DNA of 32,000 bases from Candidatus Nanoarchaeia archaeon (GCA_028279745.1 JANQNC010000001.1:780001-812000); one strand, 5' to 3'; shown: positions 8,082 through 16,441, numbered from the stretch's first letter. Numbers and translations: made by a program. The notes: generated from the letters alone by a model not told the origin.

Positions 8082-9077
8082 TCAAGAGCGGTTTAAAAAA
8101 TTATTAACTGCTTCTTGTTGTATTGTGAAGTTGTAATCAGCACTATCCCCGATTCCATCAACCTCAAAATAAGTTTCATAAATTTTTAAGAAACTTGATT
8201 GAGGATTTTTTCTTGTTCCGCCGGGCAAACCTATATACTGATATCCGTTAAGACTGCGGTGGAAGTTGCCGTGTCCGTGCCCATGAAATGTCGCGATAAG
8301 AGTGTCATTATTACTATCCATTATCTTTCTAAGAACTTTTGAATTTGGAAAGTCGCCCGAGTTTTGGTGAACAAAAATTACACTATACATTTTGTTAATT
8401 GAAGCGTTAACTAAAACTTCATTTAACCATTCTTGTTCAATTAAAGGAAGGTGCCCGCTGTGAGGACTATCTAGTACAGCTTTTAGTTCGTTATAATAAT
8501 CAGAATCATAATGTCTACTATCATTTACATATTGAACATCAAGAAAAATAAACCTTACGTTACTATAATCCATGTAATAATAATTGTTTGGCATAAGTTT
8601 GTCCCATATCGTCAACATATTGGTGTAATTAATTATGCATCCGCCGTCGTGGTTCCCAAATATGGCATAAGAATCATAACTTAGATTATCTGTCAATAAT
8701 TTTTGGATGCTCACCATATCAGTTTTCAGCGTAGACTTATCTAGAAGTGGAGAGTCAACAACCGAATCACCCAACGCAACTACCAAATCACATTTACGGT
8801 AAGTGCACTCTTTAGTGAATTTCTCAATCCTTTCAGAGGTATCAGTTCCAAGAGAATTATTTAAATTTAAACTGAAGTGCAAATCAGCAACTAAGCCCGC
8901 AGTGACTAATGAGTTATCATCAGCATTTAGATTTGAGAGCGTTAATGTGCTAAAGTTTTTACTTTTGTCTTCTGTTTTGGTTATTTCTTTAGTTTGGGAG
9001 CAGCTTGACAGAATGAATGCTAATCCAGCTAAAAATACCAAAAATAAAAGCATTTTAAACTTTATTTTTATTAACAT
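8082..9077 (-). CDS. calcineurin-like metallophosphoesterase, probable lipoprotein
   Basis: Signal peptide with a lipobox-like AFILSSC. Phosphoesterase motifs are present: LGDSVVD, FGNHDGG, VIFVHQ and FHGHGHGNFH. Confidence 0.75.
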   Translation of the reverse strand: MLIKIKFKMLLFLVFLAGLAFILSSCSQTKEITKTEDKSKNFSTLTLSNLNADDNSLVTAGLVADLHFSLNLNNSLGTDTSERIEKFTKECTYRKCDLVVALGDSVVDSPLLDKSTLKTDMVSIQKLLTDNLSYDSYAIFGNHDGGCIINYTNMLTIWDKLMPNNYYYMDYSNVRFIFLDVQYVNDSRHYDSDYYNELKAVLDSPHSGHLPLIEQEWLNEVLVNASINKMYSVIFVHQNSGDFPNSKVLRKIMDSNNDTLIATFHGHGHGNFHRSLNGYQYIGLPGGTRKNPQSSFLKIYETYFEVDGIGDSADYNFTIQQEAVNNFLNRS

Positions 9078-9249
9078 TTAGTTTACTCATATAACGCTTA
9101 TTTTTATAAAAATATGCTTTTATGAATAAAAACCTAAACCTTTAAATAGGGGTTATTGGTTCTTTCAGGTAATAAGCCCGAGTCTAATAAGTTAAGGCGT
9201 CGATAGGGTTCATAGAAAATATGAATTCTTAGTGGTTTATGACAAAAAA

Positions 9250-9705
9250 ATGGCAGAAAAAGAATTTAAACATTTAGTAAGGGTGGCAAACACCGACATC
9301 AAAGGAGAAGAACCAGTCTTCAAAGCTATGACAAAAATAAAAGGCATAAGCTTCATGATGGCAAAAGCAATCTGTAAATTAGCGGGTGTGGACCTGCAGA
9401 AAAAAGCAGGAGTTATGGAAGACTCAGAAGTAGAAAAACTAAACAAAGAAATGGAAAGTATGGAAAACGTACCTAACCACATGTTAAACAGAAGAAAAGA
9501 TTACGAAACAGGTGAAGACAAGCACCTAATCACAACAGACCTAAGATTCGAACAAGATAACGATCTAAAAAGACTAAAGAAAATAAAATCTTACAAAGGA
9601 CTAAGACACGCATGGAAGCTTCCAGTAAGGGGACAGAGAACAAAAGCACACTTCAGAAAAGGAAAAACATTAGGAGTAAGTAGAAAACCAGGCGGTAAGA
9701 AGTAA
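9250..9705 (+). CDS. rps13: 30S ribosomal protein S13 (uS13)
   Basis: The track ORF starts at GTG 9232; the first ATG is at 9250 (MAEKEFKHLVRVANTDIKG...). uS13 signature KSYKGLRHAWKLPVRGQRTKAH. First gene of the canonical archaeal S13-S4-S11-RpoD cluster. Confidence 0.9.
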   Translation: MAEKEFKHLVRVANTDIKGEEPVFKAMTKIKGISFMMAKAICKLAGVDLQKKAGVMEDSEVEKLNKEMESMENVPNHMLNRRKDYETGEDKHLITTDLRFEQDNDLKRLKKIKSYKGLRHAWKLPVRGQRTKAHFRKGKTLGVSRKPGGKK

Positions 9706-9707
9706 AA

Positions 9708-10400
9708 ATGGGAGATCCACGAAAACAAAGAAGAAAATACAACAAGCCAGCACATCCGTGGCAGGCAGAAAGAATAAATGAAGAAAGAGGAATAGTTAAA
9801 GAGTACGGAATAGGAAACAAAAAAGAGCTGTGGAAACAAGTATCATTCTTAAGCAGATTCAAAGCAAAAGCAAAACAACTAGCAACAGCAGAAGGAGAAC
9901 AAGCTGAAAAAGAAAAACAACAGATGTTTGAAAGACTAACAAAATACGGATTATTACAGGGAACACAAGACTTAGGAAGCATCCTAGGTCTAGACATAAG
10001 AGACGTTTTGGAAAGAAGGCTACAAACGATAGTACAGAAGAAAAATTTAGCAAAAACCGCAAAACAAGCAAGACAGTTCATAACACACCAACACATAAAG
10101 ATAGGAGAACAAACGATAACTTCGCCATCTTACTTAGTTACTGTTGAAGAAGAACCACAAATACAATTCTCACAAACATCACAATTAGTAGACGAAATGC
10201 ACCCAGAAAGAGTGCAGAAACAAGTAGAAAATACAAAAATTGTAGAAGAAAAAACAGAAGAAGATCTAAAGACAGAAAAGCCTAAAACAAAAGTAGCGAA
10301 GAAAAAAGAAAAGAAAGAGAAAAAGGAAGATAAAAAAGAAGAAGCTAAAGAAGCTCCTGAAGAAAAGAAAGAAGAAAAACCTGAAGCTAAGGAAGAATAA
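9708..10400 (+). CDS. rps4: 30S ribosomal protein S4 (uS4) with a roughly 55-aa Lys/Glu-rich C-terminal extension
   Basis: [26 protein letters not shown] and the S4 RNA-binding domain [35 protein letters not shown]. The tail is [51 protein letters not shown]. Confidence 0.9.
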   Translation: MGDPRKQRRKYNKPAHPWQAERINEERGIVKEYGIGNKKELWKQVSFLSRFKAKAKQLATAEGEQAEKEKQQMFERLTKYGLLQGTQDLGSILGLDIRDVLERRLQTIVQKKNLAKTAKQARQFITHQHIKIGEQTITSPSYLVTVEEEPQIQFSQTSQLVDEMHPERVQKQVENTKIVEEKTEEDLKTEKPKTKVAKKKEKKEKKEDKKEEAKEAPEEKKEEKPEAKEE

Positions 10401-10402
10401 AA

Positions 10403-10957
10403 ATGGCAGAAGAGAAAAAACCCGAAGCAAAACCTGTTGCAAAAGAAGCACCTAAAACTGCTGAAGCTCCAAAAAGAGAATTCAAACCAAGAGAAGGAAG
10501 ACCTGACAGAAGACCCGACAACAGAAGAGGAGGATTCTCAAGAGACAGACCAGACAGAAGACCAAGAGAAGATCTAAAATGGGGGATCTGCCACATATAC
10601 GCAACATACAATAACACAATATTACACTTAACAGACATCACAGGAACTGAGACATTAACAAGAGCGACAGGAGGAATGATGGTAAAGTCACACAGACTAG
10701 AATCAAGTCCAACTGCAGCAATGGAAGCAGCAAAAAAGATAGCTGAAGATGCAAGAGAGAAAGGAATAAATGCAATCCACATAAGAGTAAAAGCAAGAGG
10801 TGGACATTCACAAGAGATGAACCCCGGACCTGGAGCACAAGCTGCAATCAGAACACTATCAAGAGCAGGACTAAGAATAGGGGTCATGGAAGACGTAACA
10901 CCTGTGCCGCACGACGGATGCAGGAAAAAAGGCGGAAGAAAAGGAAGAAGAGTCTAA
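10403..10957 (+). CDS. rps11: 30S ribosomal protein S11 (uS11) with a roughly 55-aa basic N-terminal extension
   Basis: The core [24 protein letters not shown]...[27 protein letters not shown]...[19 protein letters not shown] is uS11. The N-terminal extension is [55 protein letters not shown]. Confidence 0.9.
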   Translation: MAEEKKPEAKPVAKEAPKTAEAPKREFKPREGRPDRRPDNRRGGFSRDRPDRRPREDLKWGICHIYATYNNTILHLTDITGTETLTRATGGMMVKSHRLESSPTAAMEAAKKIAEDAREKGINAIHIRVKARGGHSQEMNPGPGAQAAIRTLSRAGLRIGVMEDVTPVPHDGCRKKGGRKGRRV

Positions 10958-10960
10958 AAA

Positions 10961-11740
10961 ATGGAAACAAAACTAATCCAACACGAAAAAGACAAAACAA
11001 TACTATTAGTAAAAGGAGTAACACCTGCACTAATGAACTCAATAAGAAGAACAATCACAGAAGAAGTTCCAGTAATCGCAATAGAAGACCTAGAGATAAG
11101 ACAAAACAACTCAGCATTATACGATGAGATACTATCACTAAGACTAGGACTGATACCATTAACAACAGACCTAAAAAATTACAATTTACCTGATGAATGC
11201 AAATGTAAAGGAGAAGGTTGTGCAATGTGTCAGTTAAAATTAACACTAAAAGCAAAAGGACCGGGAATGGTTTATGCATCACAAATAAAATCAAAAGATC
11301 CAAAGGTAAAACCAGTATACCCAAAAATACCGATTGTTAATCTTTTAGAAGGACAAGAGTTAGAAATAGAACTAACAGCAATACTGGGAAAAGGAAAAGA
11401 ACACGCAAAGTGGTCACCAGGAATAGCATACTACCAACTAGTACCAGAAATCACAATAGTGAAAGATGATGAAGCAGAAAAAATAGTGAATGCGTTACCA
11501 AAACAAAAAGTACTAGAGAAAAAAGGAAGCAAAGTAAGTGTGAATAAAGATGAGATACTAAAAGACCCAAAAATAGCAGAGATACTAGAAGGAGCATCTG
11601 ACGCAATAAAGGTGGAATACCAAGAAGACAATTTCATATTTACTGTGGAAAGCTGGGGACAGCTAAGCACAAAAGAAATGATTGCAGAAGCAACAAAAAT
11701 ACTAAAAAACAAATCAGACGAATTTGCAAAAGAACTATAA
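10961..11740 (+). CDS. rpoD: DNA-directed RNA polymerase subunit D (Rpo3)
   Basis: MNSIRRTITEEVPVIAIEDLEIRQNNSALYDEILSLRLGLIPL, a Cys cluster CKCKGEGCAMCQ, and the expected position in the cluster. Confidence 0.85.
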   Translation: METKLIQHEKDKTILLVKGVTPALMNSIRRTITEEVPVIAIEDLEIRQNNSALYDEILSLRLGLIPLTTDLKNYNLPDECKCKGEGCAMCQLKLTLKAKGPGMVYASQIKSKDPKVKPVYPKIPIVNLLEGQELEIELTAILGKGKEHAKWSPGIAYYQLVPEITIVKDDEAEKIVNALPKQKVLEKKGSKVSVNKDEILKDPKIAEILEGASDAIKVEYQEDNFIFTVESWGQLSTKEMIAEATKILKNKSDEFAKEL

Positions 11741-11741
11741 T

Positions 11742-12089
11742 ATGGCAACCGACAACGTAAAATTACAAGGATTGATCCAACAACTGAAAAAGAAATCAAT
11801 AGATGAGAAAGCAAAAATCTGGAAAAGATTAGCTGTTGATCTAGAAAGACCAACAAGAATAAGAAGAGTTGTTAACCTAAACAGAATAAGCAGATTCACA
11901 AAAGAAAACGAAACAATCATAGTGCCTGGAAAAGTACTAGCAACAGGAAACATAGATCACAAAATAACTGTAGCGGCATTCAAATTCTCAGAACAAGCAA
12001 AAGAAAAAATACTAGAGAAAAAAGGTGAGTGTTTGAGTATTGAAGAAATAATGGACAAAAAGCCAAAAGGCATGAGGATCATAGGATGA
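11742..12089 (+). CDS. rpl18e: 50S ribosomal protein L18e (eL18)
   Basis: The first plausible ATG is at 11742 (MATDNVKL), just after the rpoD stop. The track start at 11724 would overlap rpoD. IWKRLAVDLERPTRIRRVVNLNRISRFTKENETIIVPGKVLATG is eL18-like. Confidence 0.85.
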   Translation: MATDNVKLQGLIQQLKKKSIDEKAKIWKRLAVDLERPTRIRRVVNLNRISRFTKENETIIVPGKVLATGNIDHKITVAAFKFSEQAKEKILEKKGECLSIEEIMDKKPKGMRIIG

Positions 12090-12499
12090 TTATCGACGCA
12101 ACAGACCTAATAATTGGAAGAATAGCAACAGTAGCAGCTAAGAAAGCACTATTAGGAGAAGAAGTTAAGGTAGTTAACTGTGAAAAAGCAATAATCACAG
12201 GAAACAAAAAAAGAATAATTGATGATTTCAAACAAAAAAGAGAAAGAGGGATCCCACTAAAAGGACCTTACTACCCAAGACAATCACACATGATACTAAA
12301 AAGAACAATAAGAGGGATGCTTCCATACAAAAGAGAAAGAGGAAGAGAAGCACTAAAGAAAATAAAATGCTTCAACGGAGTTCCAGAAACACTGAAGAAT
12401 GAAAAACTAGAAACAATACAAGGAGCAAGCATAACAAAATTACCAAACACCAAATATATTGCATTAAGTGCAGTAAGCATGAGGTTAGGAGCAAAATAA
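12086..12499 (+). CDS. rpl13: 50S ribosomal protein L13 (uL13)
   Basis: ATGA start/stop overlap with rpl18e. MIIDATDLIIGRIATVAAKKALLGEEVKVVNCEKAIITG and MLPYKRERGREALKKIKCFNGVP. Confidence 0.9.
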   Translation: MIIDATDLIIGRIATVAAKKALLGEEVKVVNCEKAIITGNKKRIIDDFKQKRERGIPLKGPYYPRQSHMILKRTIRGMLPYKRERGREALKKIKCFNGVPETLKNEKLETIQGASITKLPNTKYIALSAVSMRLGAK

Positions 12500-12500
12500 A

Positions 12501-12896
12501 ATGAAACCGATAGTAGCAGCAGGAAAAAGAAAAACAGCAATAGCAAAAGCAACACTAAAAGAAGGAAAAGGAAAAGTAAGAATCAACAAAGTTCTATTAG
12601 ACTCTTATGAACCAACAATGCTCCAACTAAAAATAAAAGAACCATTAATGATAGCAGGACCTATAGCAAACAAAGTAGACATAGATGTAACAATTAATGG
12701 CGGCGGCGTAAGTGGACAAGCAGACGCTGCAAGACTAGCAATAGGAAGAGTTCTAGCTGAATACGACAAAAAACTAGAAGATCCATTAGAAGATTACGAC
12801 AGACAACTATTAGTAGCAGACGTAAGAAGAAAAGAACCAGGAAAGCCGAACTCACATGGAAATGCGAGAGCTAAACGGCAGAAATCATACAGGTAG
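12501..12896 (+). CDS. rps9: 30S ribosomal protein S9 (uS9)
   Basis: GKRKTAIAKATLKEGKGKVRINK...GGGVSGQADAARLAIGRVL...DVRRKEPGKPNSHGNARAKRQKSYR, including the typical C-terminal SYR. Confidence 0.9.
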   Translation: MKPIVAAGKRKTAIAKATLKEGKGKVRINKVLLDSYEPTMLQLKIKEPLMIAGPIANKVDIDVTINGGGVSGQADAARLAIGRVLAEYDKKLEDPLEDYDRQLLVADVRRKEPGKPNSHGNARAKRQKSYR

Positions 12897-12955
12897 GTGG
12901 AAATCAAAGATTTCCAGACCTCACAAAATAAAATTTTGCAAGGTGATTCGAAAAA

Positions 12956-13153
12956 ATGATAATACCAATAAGATGCATGAGCTGCGGGAAACCAGTAGCA
13001 CATTTATGGGAAACTTTCAAAGAAAAGAAAGAAAAAGGCGAGAATTTGAAAAAAGTTCTTGATCAATTAGGCCTGGAAAGATACTGCTGCAGAGCAATGC
13101 TACTAGGACAAGTTGATCTAATAGATACAACAGCTAAATTCAAGAAATACTAA
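12956..13153 (+). CDS. rpoN: DNA-directed RNA polymerase subunit N (Rpo10)
   Basis: MIIPIRCMSCGKPVAHLWETF...LGLERYCCRAMLLGQVDLID shows the zinc-binding CxxC...CC signature. AGGTGAT SD at 12941-12947. Confidence 0.9.
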   Translation: MIIPIRCMSCGKPVAHLWETFKEKKEKGENLKKVLDQLGLERYCCRAMLLGQVDLIDTTAKFKKY

Positions 13154-13154
13154 G

Positions 13155-15749
13155 CTATTTCAAAAGCAACAATCTTTTTACAATTTGTTTATCATTAGTT
13201 CTAAGTTTGTAGAAGTACATACCAGAAGGAAGACCTTGTGCATTAAAAGGTGTTTTGTACTGTCCCCTATCTTTGTTTTTGTTTACAAGGTTTTTAACTA
13301 ACTTACCTTTGGCATCATAGATGTCAAGTTTTACTTTGTTTTCTTTAGGGATACTGTAAATAATGTTTGTAATATTGTTAAACGGATTAGGATTATTAGA
13401 TAAAGAGTAAATGTAAGTTTTGTTATCTACTTTTTCAATAGCGATAGGAACTTCAATTAAAGTTGAATCTAACGTTTCATTATTGGCAGCGTCAATAGCT
13501 CTAATCTTAACTTGATAATTTTGATTGTTTTCCAGCCCATTAACTTCAAAACTGTCTGGAGGGATAGTTGCCCAATCATTATCATCTATTTTTACTTCAA
13601 CCCTGTTAAGGTTAAGATCAGATGCACTGTATCTAACAACTGCTGTGTTGTAAGTGCTGTCTCTAAAGAAGTGATCAATTATGTTTAATGCAGGTTTAGT
13701 AGCATCAATATTGAAAGACCAGTTTTCAGTTGTTTCATTGCTGTCTAAGTTTCTTAATGATAAATTAATGTTGTATAAACCATCAGGAAGACTATCTGTA
13801 AGGTTTAAAGATAGAATGCTGTCTATTAATGTTAGTTCAGGACTGGTTAAATTGTAAGGTGTTGAGTTTAGTAATAACTCAATTGAAGAAGAATCAATAC
13901 CTTTAGCATCAGAAACTTTCGCGCTGATAATTGGGGTGTTGTCGTTTAAGTAACCCACCACATTTGGTTGTAGGTTGCTGATACTTGGTTTTGTAGTGTC
14001 TCTTAGAACGTTTACAATAACTGAATCTATACTTTCATTGTTAGCATCATCAACAGCTCTAACAATTAATGTATGAGATATTCCTTGAGCTAAACCGCTG
14101 AATAAAACAGAGTCTGCAGTAGCATTAGACCAAGGGTTATCGTTAAGCTTTACTTGAACATAGCTAAGATTAGGTTCTGTGATTAAGTACTGTAGTAAGA
14201 CTGAAGTTTCACTTATATCTGAGCCATTTGTTGGGCCTGTTATGTCAATGATTGGGTCAGTTGCATCTATCCTGAAATTCCAGTTAGCTTGTGACAAATT
14301 ATTTAGGGTGTCTCTTAGTGATAGAGCAACAGTGTAAGCAGTATCTGGAAGTGTTGAAGGTGTTAAGATTAAGTTGCTGTCGGTTAATGTTAATTCGGAG
14401 CTTGCTAAAGTGTATAAAGTTGAATTTAGTAGAAGTTCTATTGAAGAATTGTTGATTCCTCTACCATCCTTAATTATTGCACTAATGGTTGGTTGGTTGT
14501 TATTTAACAATCCAGTGGTTGAGGGCTGTAAGTTTGATATCGATGGGCCATCAGTATCAATACCAAAACTCCAGCTCTCAGAAGCTTGATTATCATCGTT
14601 GTCTTTTGCTACAACTGTTACTAAGTAAGAACCTGAGTTAAGTTTAGTTGAAGGTGTGAAGGTTAGTAATCCATTTGAGAATGTTAGTTCTGTATTGGAG
14701 ATTCTGTAATCAGTTCCGTTTAAAGTTAAAAGTAAACTGTCCAAGTTTAAGTCATTTAAGTTATCGGTAATGTTTGCTGTAATGGTTTGTAATGAATCGT
14801 TAGAGTAAGTGTTGTTTGCGGGTAATGTGTTAGATATAACTGGTGCGGTTAGGTCAGCATTATCTTCGAATAAGTTGAAGTTAGTTACAAAGTTTTGTAG
14901 GTCGGATTGGTTACCGAAGTAGTGGATTGTTGAGTTGTCTTGGCTATCATTTAGTGCATTTGCTTGATCTAATGCATTTTTTATTGTCTCTCCAGTTCTT
15001 GATAAGTGCACAAAATAATGACCTAAAGCAAGACCTGTGACGCTGCCTGTTCCTGCAGAGAGCGCAATAACTTTTGATAAGTTGGTTGTATTCAAACTTT
15101 GATCTCGGTTTAGATATTCAGCAATATTTCCTGAATTACAAGCATCTACTAAGATGATGCATCTTTTGAAGTCAACCATGCTTAATGCTTTGTTTAAGTG
15201 GTAGTGGTATATTTTACCTTGATCTAAAGGGAGACCTTGCCATGTTGAAGCTCCTGCAGAAGTAGCAACTCTCACATAAGTGTCTTTTGGTGCAGTTCCT
15301 GTGCTTCCATGACCTATCATGTAGATGTAAAGCAAGTCTTTGTTTGTTGTACCTGCATTAACTATATCATCTAAGAATGATTTTGCGGTTACTTGACCAT
15401 CTGTTCTGTCGATATTAACTGTGGTGGGTGTTGTAAGTAAATCTTGACCTGCCCAGATGTCATCTCCGGTCCAACTGCTTGTTTGATCTGGCAAAGGGAA
15501 TGAAGAGAATAATTTATTTGATAGACAGCTTATGTTTGCATCAGTAACTCCATTTGTCTTTAGAACCTGATAGTTTTCTAAGAAGGGTAAGAAAATCATG
15601 GCTTTTTCTGTATTGTTGTTTGGATTTGTTGCAGGGCCATTTATTGATACTGCTTTTATGTTATCATATCCAAATAATAGAGACTTAGCTAATAGAGAAA
15701 TCATTAATCCTTTCTTTACTCCACTCGTTATACTGCTAAATAGGCCCAT
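13155..15749 (-). CDS. secreted clan CD cysteine peptidase (legumain/gingipain-like) with Ig-like modules and a T9SS-type C-terminal sorting-like domain
   Basis: A His-Cys dyad sits in clan CD context: LLYIYMIGHGSTG (His147) and CIILVDACNSGN (Cys204). Residues 300-768 hold five Ig-like modules. The last roughly 90 aa (NPNPFNNITNIIYSIPKENKVKLDIYDAKGKLVKNLVNK...LPSGMYFYKLRTNDKQIVKRLLLLK) match the Por/T9SS C-terminal domain pattern. A TATA-like TTTATATAT lies about 25-30 nt upstream. Confidence 0.7.
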   Translation of the reverse strand: MGLFSSITSGVKKGLMISLLAKSLLFGYDNIKAVSINGPATNPNNNTEKAMIFLPFLENYQVLKTNGVTDANISCLSNKLFSSFPLPDQTSSWTGDDIWAGQDLLTTPTTVNIDRTDGQVTAKSFLDDIVNAGTTNKDLLYIYMIGHGSTGTAPKDTYVRVATSAGASTWQGLPLDQGKIYHYHLNKALSMVDFKRCIILVDACNSGNIAEYLNRDQSLNTTNLSKVIALSAGTGSVTGLALGHYFVHLSRTGETIKNALDQANALNDSQDNSTIHYFGNQSDLQNFVTNFNLFEDNADLTAPVISNTLPANNTYSNDSLQTITANITDNLNDLNLDSLLLTLNGTDYRISNTELTFSNGLLTFTPSTKLNSGSYLVTVVAKDNDDNQASESWSFGIDTDGPSISNLQPSTTGLLNNNQPTISAIIKDGRGINNSSIELLLNSTLYTLASSELTLTDSNLILTPSTLPDTAYTVALSLRDTLNNLSQANWNFRIDATDPIIDITGPTNGSDISETSVLLQYLITEPNLSYVQVKLNDNPWSNATADSVLFSGLAQGISHTLIVRAVDDANNESIDSVIVNVLRDTTKPSISNLQPNVVGYLNDNTPIISAKVSDAKGIDSSSIELLLNSTPYNLTSPELTLIDSILSLNLTDSLPDGLYNINLSLRNLDSNETTENWSFNIDATKPALNIIDHFFRDSTYNTAVVRYSASDLNLNRVEVKIDDNDWATIPPDSFEVNGLENNQNYQVKIRAIDAANNETLDSTLIEVPIAIEKVDNKTYIYSLSNNPNPFNNITNIIYSIPKENKVKLDIYDAKGKLVKNLVNKNKDRGQYKTPFNAQGLPSGMYFYKLRTNDKQIVKRLLLLK
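13446..14558 (-). repeat. intragenic tandem duplication of a two-module unit of about 185 aa (residues about 398-585 and 586-768)
   Basis: Unit A is DTDGPSISNLQPSTTGLLNNNQPTISAIIKDGRGINNSSIELLLNSTLYTLASSELTLTDSNL...NWNFRIDATDPIIDITG...VRAVDDANNESIDSVIVNV. Unit B is DTTKPSISNLQPNVVGYLNDNTPIISAKVSDAKGIDSSSIELLLNSTPYNLTSPELTLIDSIL...NWSFNIDATKPALNIID...IRAIDAANNETLDSTLIEV. The copies are diverged at the DNA level. Confidence 0.7.
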
Positions 15750-15816
15750 AAGAGGTAAAAATCATTAATAATATATAAATCTTTCGTTACTCAACAGTGA
15801 ATACAAAAGATAAAAA

Positions 15817-16374
15817 TTATTTTTTATGGAAGTGTCCTTTGATTAGGAATCCACCAAATACTAGTATTAATAGGCCTGCAATAGCTGCGCCGTTAATCTC
15901 AGGTACTGAACCAATTCCTTCTTCGCCTAAATTTGAACAGTAATTATTGCACTCTTCAGGTCTTTCTGGGTTAAATATATCATTACATAGACCATCATCT
16001 TCACATAGACAGAATGGATCTGCTAATGGGCCATCTATGTAGTTGTTGTATTCTTGAATATCTGTGCAACCATCGCCATCAGTGTCTCCTGGTAATTCTT
16101 TTGGGGGGCAATTACAAATCCAGCTATTTACTGGTTCACCAATATATTCTTTAGTGCAGCCAATTACATCTACGGCATACCAGTCAGGCATACCTGAAAT
16201 ACATATTACGTCTGTGTCTCCACCAGGACTTATGTCTGCAGGTTCTGTACCTGCACCATTCCAACCTCCGTGTGTTGCAGGGTCAACTGTAAAACCTCCA
16301 CCACCTTGTGCCATAACTGACACACTAACAAAAGAAAGACATAAAATAATTGTTAAGTATCTTAGTATATTCAT
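15817..16374 (-). CDS. small Cys-rich secreted protein with an acidic Ca-binding-like motif and a C-terminal TM anchor or sorting-like signal
   Basis: The track start at 16383 is GTG. ATG at 16374 (MNILRYLTIILCLSFVSVSVMAQ) sits 6 nt after the GAGGTG SD (16381-16386). There are about a dozen Cys after the signal peptide, and a GDTDGDGCTDIQEY motif. The tail is GSVPEINGAAIAGLLILVFGGFLIKGHFHKK. Confidence 0.6.
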   Translation of the reverse strand: MNILRYLTIILCLSFVSVSVMAQGGGGFTVDPATHGGWNGAGTEPADISPGGDTDVICISGMPDWYAVDVIGCTKEYIGEPVNSWICNCPPKELPGDTDGDGCTDIQEYNNYIDGPLADPFCLCEDDGLCNDIFNPERPEECNNYCSNLGEEGIGSVPEINGAAIAGLLILVFGGFLIKGHFHKK

Positions 16375-16441
16375 AATTATCACCTCTATAATATTATATG
16401 AATATAATCCGAAGTTCAGTATTTAAATGTTTTCATAAAAT

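Noticed and set aside
9209-9225. Inverted repeat TTCATA-GAAAA-TATGAA in the rps13 leader
   Set aside because: It is a 6-bp all-AT-rich stem in an AT-rich genome and is expected by chance. There is no supporting conservation or associated motif.
9150-9231. Possible tRNA fragment or ncRNA upstream of rps13 (GGGTTC-containing stretch)
   Set aside because: I could not fold it into a cloverleaf, since no acceptor or anticodon stems form. It is most simply the 5' leader of the ribosomal operon.
10230-10576. AAG/GAA-rich low-complexity DNA that at first glance looks like a microsatellite or repeat array
   Set aside because: It has no fixed period or spacer structure. It is in frame with rps4 and rps11 and encodes their K/E-rich and K/P/R-rich tails. 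It is not a CRISPR array or a tandem DNA repeat.
9237-12555. Numerous minus-strand or alternative-frame ORFs inside the ribosomal/RNAP cluster (for example 9653..10096, 10387..10887, 10918..11127, 11431..11856 and 12271..12555)
   Set aside because: All overlap genes with unmistakable ribosomal or RNAP signatures. Their translations are Leu/Phe/Ser-rich low-complexity sequences typical of antisense frames.
12856-13062. Track ORF 12856..13062 (+) spanning the rps9-rpoN junction
   Set aside because: It overlaps the conserved C-terminus of uS9 and the zinc motif of RpoN in other frames, and it has no motif of its own.
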